From contig JBAWAH010000048.1 of assembly GCA_049589195.1 (NCBI GenBank), positions 64,250 through 128,249 of the forward strand: 64,000 bases of DNA. Direction: 5' to 3'. A program made the position numbers and the translations under genes. Of this stretch, positions 55,973 to 64,000 are shown piece after piece (the stretch's first letter is position 1; each line of letters starts with the position of its first letter). The stretch is from Bacteroidota bacterium (GTDB taxonomy: Bacteria; Bacteroidota; Ignavibacteria; UBA10030; JAHEZR01). Under the pieces are notes generated by a model. That model saw only the letters and a program-made list of their open reading frames with translations, had not been told where the DNA came from and did no database searches.

Positions 55973-56078
55973 TGGATGAGTTCTTTGCCGACGCGTTTTT
56001 GACTTTCTGTTGATTTTTCGTTACCTTGAGAACCGCTTTTAGCCAGCTCCTGTGCACCTTTATCGAGAGGGTTTTTGA

Positions 56079-56387
56079 ATGTACGCCGTCGTTGAAATTG
56101 CGGGAAAACAGTTCAAAGTGACCAGTTCTGACAAGGTTAGGGTCCCCAAGCTCGATGTGGAGGTTGGGAAGACGGTGAGATTTGATAAGGTCCTCCTTCT
56201 AGCAGACGACGGGAATGTGAAGGTCGGGAACCCAACGGTGGAGGGGGCGAAAGTAGAGGCGAAAGTTCTCGCTCACGGAAAAGACGAGAAGGTGATCGTT
56301 TTCAAGAAGAAACGACGAAAGGGTTACCGCGTGAAGCGAGGCCATCGTCAACTGTATACCGAGATTGAAATCAGTGAAATCGTATAG
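56079..56387 (+). CDS. rplU: 50S ribosomal protein L21
   Basis: MYAVVEIAGKQFKV...; 102 aa. Confidence 0.95.
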   Translation: MYAVVEIAGKQFKVTSSDKVRVPKLDVEVGKTVRFDKVLLLADDGNVKVGNPTVEGAKVEAKVLAHGKDEKVIVFKKKRRKGYRVKRGHRQLYTEIEISEIV

Positions 56388-56404
56388 TAATGCGGAGATA
56401 AGGC

Positions 56405-56671
56405 ATGGCACACAAGAAAGGAATGGGGAGTTCGCGGAATGGCCGCGATAGTAATGCGCAGCGCCTCGGAGTAAAGCGCTTCGGCGGTCAGTCAGTGACT
56501 GGCGGAAGCATTCTTATCCGCCAACGAGGGACGAGGTTTCTTCCAGGCCGCAATGTCGGTCGTGGCACTGACGATACTCTGTTTGCAATGGTTGACGGTG
56601 TCGTGAAGTTCGAGCGCTTCAACAAGAAGAAATTGATGGTCAGCGTTCTTGAACCAGCGTCACCGGCGTAG
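56405..56671 (+). CDS. rpmA: 50S ribosomal protein L27
   Basis: [29 protein letters not shown]...; 88 aa. Confidence 0.95.
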   Translation: MAHKKGMGSSRNGRDSNAQRLGVKRFGGQSVTGGSILIRQRGTRFLPGRNVGRGTDDTLFAMVDGVVKFERFNKKKLMVSVLEPASPA

Positions 56672-56725
56672 ATTCGCGGTCCGTTTCATCCCACCTGTTA
56701 ACTGACTCACCTCAAAACTCTTTAG

Positions 56726-57658
<933 letters not shown>

Positions 57659-57686
57659 ATCCTGGAAGGATCCTAGTTAGAAGGGA

Positions 57687-57716
57687 AAAGTCCCACCAGA
57701 GATGGCGGGACTTTTT
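57687..57716. terminator. bidirectional rho-independent terminator (stem aaagtcccacc / ggcgggacttt, then TTTTT)
   Basis: Roughly 11-bp stem with one mismatch and loop agagat, followed by ctttttattt on the + strand 28 nt after the mdh stop. Abuts the stop of the convergent minus-strand gene at 57715. Confidence 0.65.
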
Positions 57717-58158
57717 ATTTCACCAACAACAAGACCATCTCCACCTCAGATCCGTCCTCGGAGAGGTGGTACTGCACTTTGTCCATCAGAGTTCTCATTA
57801 AGAAGATCCCTCTCCCACTTTCCCTCAGCAGGTTCGACTCGTCGAGTGGGTTAGCAATCTTGTGCGGGTCAAAACCAGCTCCACTGTCCCGCACTCTAAG
57901 AATCATCCTCTCTTTCGAAAGCTCGCACGCCAGGTAGACATTCTTCTGCGGATCCGACTTGTTGCCGTGGAAGATCGCGTTGTTTACGGCCTCAGTTGTT
58001 GAAATAAGCACCTTATTGAATTGAATTTCATCGAGATGGGCACTCCTGTTGACCCTCTGGAGGAATTTTTCCACTCGATGGATATGCTTGGGACTGCTGT
58101 GCATGGTCATCCGAAAATGCTTTGTACCCTTTGTCAACGCTCTCTCCTTTCTCCTCAT
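57715..58158 (-). CDS. anti-sigma regulatory factor / serine-protein kinase (RsbW-like, HATPase_c_2)
   Basis: ...EAVNNAIFHGNKSDPQKNVYLACEL..., ...RVRDSGAGFDP..., ...ESGRGIFLMRTLMDKV are N-, G1- and G2-box equivalents of GHKL anti-sigma kinases. Confidence 0.7.
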   Translation of the reverse strand: MRRKERALTKGTKHFRMTMHSSPKHIHRVEKFLQRVNRSAHLDEIQFNKVLISTTEAVNNAIFHGNKSDPQKNVYLACELSKERMILRVRDSGAGFDPHKIANPLDESNLLRESGRGIFLMRTLMDKVQYHLSEDGSEVEMVLLLVK

Positions 58159-60104
58159 CAGAGTCCGAGGATTATGCTCATCGCGAGATTCGACACTGAC
58201 TCTGTAGGCCCGCCAGTCTGTGTCTGAACCTCATACCACCCGTTGATCAGAAGACGGGTGTTCCGGCTTGCAGCCCACGCAATGAGGCAGGTCGGGCCGT
58301 AATTCACTAAACGGTTGTCAAACACCCGCTCGCTGAGGTCGTAGCGAAAGCGCGTCAGGCTGAAGTACCTGAAGCCGACTGCGATCGTGAGATTGGTTTG
58401 CAGGTCACAACGAAATTGTCCCCAGTAAGTTCTGTCGTCAAAGTAGTTGACCGGGCGTTCTCTGAACTCCCTCCAGCTCAGTTGTCCACGCTCGTAGAGC
58501 TTCACACGGAGAGAGAAGTCAAGAGCCACGCGCCGGGAGAGCTGGGATGTTGTCGAATCGACGAACGAGAACTGGCGGAACGAAAAGCTCTTCACGGAGT
58601 AGACCTGATCTTCGAAATCATAGACAGTGTAGTTTGCAAGGACTTCAAAAGCATTCGCGGTTTTCAACTGAGGGCTTGGCTGATATTCGATCCTTGGAGA
58701 AAGCCGAAGCACCCGGTTCCAATTGTTGTTGGCACTTCGGTCTGCGAACAGGTAGACGATGTGGTTCAAGACTGCGTCAGCAGAGAGGGAAAACGTGATG
58801 TTGTTTCCCAGTTTTTGTCTGTCGGAGAAGCCGTAGATCATTAGGAGCTCGTCGCGATCGTCCGTGTTCTCTGGACTGGGTGTGTCATAGCGAAGGAGAC
58901 TGGCGAAGCCCGAAAGGTTCAGGAGGTTGCCGGCAACCGTTGCCACCTGAGCATTTCCACTGATCGTGGTGCGCCGCGTGCTATTGTTTTTCTCTTGCTC
59001 ACTTGCCTGTTGAAGATCGAAGCGGTTGCGATCGACTCCTGTGAATGACCTCGCCTGGTGGTCTTCATCTCGTTCGCCGTAGGAAAGCCTGAGCACCGCA
59101 TCGATTCGCTCTGTTCGATACTGTCCTTGGACAAAACCATCGAGCTTGAGCTCAGAAATGTCCGTGTCGAAAAGCGTCCCGAGCGGTGTGTTGACAGCTT
59201 TGTACCGGATATCCTTTGAGATCCCCCGGCGATAGAGACTCGTATTGAACGTGAACAGAAGATCGTTTCCGACACCGTACCGGAGCTGGTTGGTGACGTC
59301 GATGATTTCCTCGATGCGCTGCTCGATGTTGTTGGTTACTCCGAACGCCAGCTTGACCAACGAATCGGCGGAGAAGTAGAAATCACGACGGTTTCTCAGG
59401 AACTGCGCTCCGACGCTGTCTTTCGTCTGCCCGAGAAAGTCCTTCTCGATAGAAAGAATCGCAGCATGGCTTTCTCCTTTCCTCGGGGTTATTCGGTCCT
59501 CACTGAACCTCCCATAGAAGGTCGTTCTGTACCCAGACAAATCGACTTCACCAATTTGAGAAGTGATCCGGTAACTCAAGCCATCGTCCTGCTGGCCCGT
59601 CTGATTGTCGCTCTTGATGCCGATACTCGAGGTGACAGTATCACACGCTCTTGGCTGAAATCTCATTCCCACGAGCATTGAATTGATTGAAGCACGATTG
59701 ATTTCTATGGAGCGACTGTCTGAAAGAAAGAGAGAGGACACCTCGAGCTGCGTCGCGATTTCTTTTGTCAGTTTGTGTGTGAAAAGGGATCCAAAGTTCT
59801 GTTCGTCCTTGATGAATTTCTGATCGGTCTGTATGAGCGTCGAGAGGAAGAGTTCACCCAGGCGAATGTCCCAGTCGCCAAGCAGTCCCTGATAATTCAC
59901 CATTCCCCTCCAGAAGTACGTATTGAGGTTCCGCTCGAAACCTAAGACCGATTGGTTTGGTATCGTCACGGTATCAGATTTTTGTCCGAGCGTCACGTGT
60001 CCATAGTCTTCTTGGGCCGCAGCATGGTTTGAGCAAACAAGAACCGCTGCGACAAATGAGAGGGCTGCTATTCTACGTTTTTCTGTCTCCATTGGTTGCA
60101 GCAA
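58158..60104 (-). CDS. hypothetical secreted/outer-membrane protein (signal peptide; beta-rich)
   Basis: 648 aa with signal peptide ...IAALSFVAAVLVCSNHAAAQ and alternating-polarity strands throughout. Its stop overlaps the start of the downstream RsbW-like gene by 1 nt. Confidence 0.45.
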   Translation of the reverse strand: MLQPMETEKRRIAALSFVAAVLVCSNHAAAQEDYGHVTLGQKSDTVTIPNQSVLGFERNLNTYFWRGMVNYQGLLGDWDIRLGELFLSTLIQTDQKFIKDEQNFGSLFTHKLTKEIATQLEVSSLFLSDSRSIEINRASINSMLVGMRFQPRACDTVTSSIGIKSDNQTGQQDDGLSYRITSQIGEVDLSGYRTTFYGRFSEDRITPRKGESHAAILSIEKDFLGQTKDSVGAQFLRNRRDFYFSADSLVKLAFGVTNNIEQRIEEIIDVTNQLRYGVGNDLLFTFNTSLYRRGISKDIRYKAVNTPLGTLFDTDISELKLDGFVQGQYRTERIDAVLRLSYGERDEDHQARSFTGVDRNRFDLQQASEQEKNNSTRRTTISGNAQVATVAGNLLNLSGFASLLRYDTPSPENTDDRDELLMIYGFSDRQKLGNNITFSLSADAVLNHIVYLFADRSANNNWNRVLRLSPRIEYQPSPQLKTANAFEVLANYTVYDFEDQVYSVKSFSFRQFSFVDSTTSQLSRRVALDFSLRVKLYERGQLSWREFRERPVNYFDDRTYWGQFRCDLQTNLTIAVGFRYFSLTRFRYDLSERVFDNRLVNYGPTCLIAWAASRNTRLLINGWYEVQTQTGGPTESVSNLAMSIILGL

Positions 60105-60131
60105 ACACCAAGACTCAAGCCAACGTAGGTT

Positions 60132-61073
60132 TCAACTCCACACGCGTGACTGGAAAAAGTCAAGGAACTCTCTTTTCTTCAATTCGTACCCGACGTGGGC
60201 ATTTGGGGTCCGTTTCTCGCGTTCCGATCGAATTTCCGCAACTGTCATCCCCCTAGTGATTTCACCCCGAGTTTCCACCTCGACATGCAAGTCATGGTAT
60301 CGAACGAGGTCCCTTTTGACTGCAACTGCGACCGCGAGCGGGTCATGAAGGTAGCCGCCCAGAAACCCCTCTGTCTCCTTATGGTACTCCATGTATCTTC
60401 TTGTCATTCTTTGAATGAAGAAGCCAAGACCATGCTTGCCTCTGCGTGCAAGGCGGACGACATCGGATCGCTGGAGCACTCCTTGCTGCGTCACATCCAA
60501 AGGGAGAAGCGTAATGGGTATCCCCGAATGAAAGACACAGTTGGCTGCGTCAGGGTCGACGTACATATTGAACTCGGCGACTGGACTTTGGTTCCCAGCG
60601 ACTCGAAAAGCACCGCCCATTGCAATGATTTCCTTGACTTTCTTCATCGTCCTGGGGTCTTTCTGAAGAGCACGCGCGACGTTTGTCAACGGCCCGATTG
60701 CGACGATACTGATTTGTTGTGGATGCTTTTTCACAAGGTCAAGAATGACTTGCACTGCGCCTCTTTCTGACGGGCGATGTCTAAGGCTTGGGTATTCATG
60801 GGTGATGCCGCCGAGGCCATCTCTTCCATGGACGCGCGGTTCTGTAACCAGAACTCTTGCCAAAGGTTTCTTGGCACCCTTGGAAACGATTGGTGGCCTG
60901 TCTGGGTTGAGCACATCGAGAATGAGAAGGCAATTGCGAGTACACTTCTTGACCTCCGCATTACCTGCTACCGTCGTGATCGCTTCGAGGCTGAGTTCTG
61001 GTGACTTCAGTGCAAGAATGATCGCGAGGGCGTCATCAACGCCTGTGTCCGTGTCAATGATGATCCGCTTCAT
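60132..61073 (-). CDS. nucleoside hydrolase (inosine-uridine preferring IUNH family)
   Basis: N-terminal IIIDTDTGVDDALAI Asp cluster (Ca2+ site) and ...AIGPLTNVA... conserved core. Confidence 0.85.
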   Translation of the reverse strand: MKRIIIDTDTGVDDALAIILALKSPELSLEAITTVAGNAEVKKCTRNCLLILDVLNPDRPPIVSKGAKKPLARVLVTEPRVHGRDGLGGITHEYPSLRHRPSERGAVQVILDLVKKHPQQISIVAIGPLTNVARALQKDPRTMKKVKEIIAMGGAFRVAGNQSPVAEFNMYVDPDAANCVFHSGIPITLLPLDVTQQGVLQRSDVVRLARRGKHGLGFFIQRMTRRYMEYHKETEGFLGGYLHDPLAVAVAVKRDLVRYHDLHVEVETRGEITRGMTVAEIRSEREKRTPNAHVGYELKKREFLDFFQSRVWS

Positions 61074-61930
61074 CGTGTGCTCGGATTGACCAATTCTCTC
61101 CAGTTGTGTTTTGGAACGTAGCCGAGTTTTGCACTCGCTCGTGCACTACTGATAAAGGAATCGTATCCGCCGAAGCTCTCATCGATTTCTGTAACATTCG
61201 GGTAATACAACTTCAGGAGGGCTCGAGATTCGGACCCAGTCCAGTTCTCTTTAGCCGAAACGAAGAATACCTCATGGATGTTGAGATCGTTTGCCTCAAG
61301 TGCCAGGAGAATTGCAGAGGCAAAGTCAAAAACATGAACATACGCCCAGAGATTCTTTGACCATTTTGGATACTCATTCACAAGCCCTCGGTACATCTCG
61401 ATTTCTTTCTCCTCTGGGACCCAAATCCAAGGAGGACGAATACAAACTGTTTGGATGCCATACCGGAGAGAGTATGAGCGGCATATTTGTTCAGCCAGGA
61501 GTTTGCTGAGTCCGTACGGGTCTTGTGGACGCAGTGGATGCTTTTCGTCGATGGGGACATAATCAGGTGCCATGCTCCTCGTCATGAAGGCAAATCCGAG
61601 TACCGACTCGCTCGAGACGAACACTAGTTTCTTGATGCCACACCTTGCAGCTGCCTCGAGGACGTTGAACGTGCCTACAGTATTCACAGCAAATACTTTC
61701 TCTGCGGGGTCATTCAGTGGATTTGGAATGCCGGCCATATGAACGATGGCGTCGAACCCGTGACCAAGCGCACCGACTAACGCAGGCAAGTTCATGACAT
61801 CAACCCAATAGAACGGCTTCGGAGAAGCCGGCTCGCGAATGTCGAGAACACTCACCTTGCGGGTCTGGCTGAGGATGTCGACGACGTATTTCCCAACCAG
61901 TCCGCTGCCACCAGTGACGAGAACGTTCAT
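61070..61930 (-). CDS. NAD-dependent epimerase/dehydratase (extended SDR family)
   Basis: VLVTGGSGLVGKYVV Rossmann motif and catalytic YxxxK (YGLSKLLAEQ). 4-nt overlap with the nucleoside hydrolase gene. Confidence 0.85.
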   Translation of the reverse strand: MNVLVTGGSGLVGKYVVDILSQTRKVSVLDIREPASPKPFYWVDVMNLPALVGALGHGFDAIVHMAGIPNPLNDPAEKVFAVNTVGTFNVLEAAARCGIKKLVFVSSESVLGFAFMTRSMAPDYVPIDEKHPLRPQDPYGLSKLLAEQICRSYSLRYGIQTVCIRPPWIWVPEEKEIEMYRGLVNEYPKWSKNLWAYVHVFDFASAILLALEANDLNIHEVFFVSAKENWTGSESRALLKLYYPNVTEIDESFGGYDSFISSARASAKLGYVPKHNWRELVNPSTR

Positions 61931-61942
61931 TCGAGAATTGAT

Positions 61943-63340
61943 TTACGGCAGTTCGACCTTCATCCCGCGTTCAGGGATTTCCACACGATCAATCCCCTTC
62001 CCCTTGAGACCGGCAGCCAGTTTCTCTGCTCGTACCTTTTCTCCGTGCACGAGAAATACCTCCTTCAGTCTCTTCGGATTGAATTGACCGATGTATTGCA
62101 GAAGATCGTTGTGATCCGCGTGCGCGCTGAAGGAGTTCAATACCACGACCTCGGCTTTCAATGCGTACTCCTCTCCAAGGATTTTCAACTTCTCCCATCG
62201 ATCGACGAGCTTTTTCCCGAGTGTATGATCGGCCTGATAGCCGACGATAAGAATGAGGTTCCTGGGATCTTCAATGTTGTTTGCAAGGTGATGGAGAATC
62301 CGTCCTGCTTCACACATTCCCGAAGCGGCGATTATCATGCACGGTTCGGTTAGTGTATTCAACCGCTTCGACTCCTCCACGCTCTTGATGTACGTCATCG
62401 TCCGAAAGCCAAATGGGTTATCGTGACTCAGGAGGTAGTGCCGGGTTTCCTCATCATAGCATTCGGGATGATGTCGAAAAACTTCAGTAGCATTCACGGA
62501 GAGCGGGCTGTCGACATAAATTGGAATCTTCGGCAAACTCTCCTCATCCCAGAGTTGATGGAGCAGGTAGACGAGGTCCTGGGTGCGGCCAACACTGAAG
62601 GCAGGCACAATCACTTTTCCGCCTCGGTTGATTGCGCGTTCCAGCGCTTCCTCGAGTTTCGATTTCATCTCCTCAGGCGGATCGTGAAGTTTTCCTCCGT
62701 ACGTGCTCTCAGAAATCAGGACATCAACGTCACCGAGGAATTCCGGATCTTTCAGAATCGGCATGTTTGGCCGTCCAAGGTCACCGGTGAAGCCGAGGCG
62801 AAGCGCTGTTCCATTCTCTCTTACAGTCAATGCTGTGACGGCAGAACCCAAGATGTGTCCGGCGTCGTAGAAGGCTGCTGTCACATTCTTGGCTACCTCA
62901 AACTCCACACGATAATCCACACTCCGGAACAGATCCGCAGCCAGTACAGCATCCTCAGCAGTGTAAAGCGGAGCTACTCTGGGCCTGTTCTTCCCACGAT
63001 TTCGTTTGTTCAGGTACTCAGCGTCTTTTTCTTGAATGTGGGCACTGTCGGGAAGCATGATGCTGCAAAGATCGCGCGTCGCTGACGTTGAGTAAACTGT
63101 TCCTCGAAATCCTTGCTTCGCCAATCCAGGCAAATTGCCGCTGTGATCAATGTGGGCGTGTGAGAGAACGACCGCATTGATAGATTCTGGATCAAACTGA
63201 AAATGCGTGTTCCGCTCGTTTGCCTCTCCTCGATGCCCTTGAAACAGTCCGCAGTCGAGGAGAATCCGTTGGCCGTTGAGGGAGAGGAGATGCATCGAGC
63301 CCGTGACGGTCTGGGCCGCACCCAAGAACTGGAGTATCAT
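61943..63340 (-). CDS. MBL-fold beta-CASP ribonuclease (RNase J / CPSF-like metallo-beta-lactamase RNA-processing enzyme)
   Basis: ...LLDCGLFQG..., HxHxDH motif (LSHAHIDHSGNLP), beta-CASP region, and C-terminal ...FSAHADHNDL.... Confidence 0.85.
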   Translation of the reverse strand: MILQFLGAAQTVTGSMHLLSLNGQRILLDCGLFQGHRGEANERNTHFQFDPESINAVVLSHAHIDHSGNLPGLAKQGFRGTVYSTSATRDLCSIMLPDSAHIQEKDAEYLNKRNRGKNRPRVAPLYTAEDAVLAADLFRSVDYRVEFEVAKNVTAAFYDAGHILGSAVTALTVRENGTALRLGFTGDLGRPNMPILKDPEFLGDVDVLISESTYGGKLHDPPEEMKSKLEEALERAINRGGKVIVPAFSVGRTQDLVYLLHQLWDEESLPKIPIYVDSPLSVNATEVFRHHPECYDEETRHYLLSHDNPFGFRTMTYIKSVEESKRLNTLTEPCMIIAASGMCEAGRILHHLANNIEDPRNLILIVGYQADHTLGKKLVDRWEKLKILGEEYALKAEVVVLNSFSAHADHNDLLQYIGQFNPKRLKEVFLVHGEKVRAEKLAAGLKGKGIDRVEIPERGMKVELP

Positions 63341-63346
63341 CTCGGC

Positions 63347-64000
63347 CTACTTTGTGTAGAAATCGATCATCCTCTGAATCGCAGCACTGCACACCGGGTC
63401 GAAGCCAACAAGGCTGAGCGAGAACATCCGGCAATCCACGGAAGGCCTGTACAATCCTTGGAAGATGTACCCGGCTCCTTCAAACGCTCCGACTTTCCCG
63501 GCGTATCTTGTTGTCTTGAGAATTTGGTTCTCACGCTGGATGAGTGGCTCTCTCTTCTCATAATAGTCTGGGGCGAGACGGTCAAGTTTTCCACGTACCC
63601 TCTCAAGGCTGTCGTACTCCACCTTCTCCCATGGAGTGGGGATTGGTGTCCCAGTCTCGACGAGGCTTTTCCACTTGAGGTTTTCCTTATTGACGAGAGC
63701 TGTGAGGTTAGGCTCCCAGGGCTCCACGCCCTTCTGATAGAAATCATTATACGACACCTGAGAGGAGTAGTATTCATCGCCAAGTCCGCCGAACGAATGC
63801 CCGAATTCGTGAACATACACATAGTCCATCTGCCACTCCATTCCAGGCTTATCGGTCTGTGTGTAACATGTCGCGTAGAGGTTGAAGATCCCACCCCCAC
63901 CGTATCGATCATCGTTACAGAGTATGGTGATGAAATCGTACGGAGCAGCACCGGCGATATCCCGGAGTCTCCGGTTCTCCTCGGTGAGGACATAGCGCGC
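63347..64000 (-). CDS. peptidase M64 family zinc metalloprotease (IgA-peptidase-like), C-terminal part; N-terminus lies beyond the window
   Basis: The frame is open from 64000 down to 63347 with no stops. Translation gives ...GAAPYDFITILCNDDRYGGGGIFNLYATCYTQ...YVYVHEFGHSFGGLGDEY..., the characteristic M64 HEFGH zinc site region. Confidence 0.75.
   Translation of the reverse strand, partial: ARYVLTEENRRLRDIAGAAPYDFITILCNDDRYGGGGIFNLYATCYTQTDKPGMEWQMDYVYVHEFGHSFGGLGDEYYSSQVSYNDFYQKGVEPWEPNLTALVNKENLKWKSLVETGTPIPTPWEKVEYDSLERVRGKLDRLAPDYYEKREPLIQRENQILKTTRYAGKVGAFEGAGYIFQGLYRPSVDCRMFSLSLVGFDPVCSAAIQRMIDFYTK

Overview
This 64-kb window is bacterial chromosomal DNA, gene-dense, most likely from an FCB-group bacterium (Bacteroidota/Ignavibacteria-like). 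Support for that lineage: a subtilisin carrying a T9SS C-terminal sorting domain, an S46 dipeptidyl-peptidase, a DUF5916 protein, a Chlorobi/Bacteroidetes-type LDH-like malate dehydrogenase and weak Shine-Dalgarno usage. About 60 protein-coding genes are mostly housekeeping: rlmD, phosphohexomutase, enolase, a GT9 heptosyltransferase, murA, deoxynucleoside kinase, ctpA, tmk, an ECF sigma factor, glpQ, adk, rlmN, rluD, lspA, a DksA/TraR protein, ileS, purine nucleoside phosphorylase, yggS, aroE, a kimA-family K+ transporter, lemA-htpX, an ABC-2 exporter, a Zn/Cd P-type ATPase, rplU-rpmA and mdh. I found no rRNA, tRNA or CRISPR array. The accessory part is an AT-rich island at about 37.8-40.7 kb encoding a 763-aa TPR protein with a C-terminal HEPN-like (Rx4-6H) domain, the best candidate here for a novel single-gene defence or abortive-infection effector. 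Next to it lies a REP-associated tyrosine transposase (RAYT) flanked by, and internally carrying, 28-nt GTAGG-headed palindromes. Related GTAGG + hairpin REP elements occur in at least four other intergenic sites, including a BIME-like doublet. Another notable item is an MtaA-like/MtaB-like methyltransferase pair beside a TSUP transporter in an apparently non-methanogenic genome. The ORF-caller's starts at aroE, murA, the PDZ gene and the S46 peptidase look wrong and I re-placed them. Several rho-independent terminators are visible.
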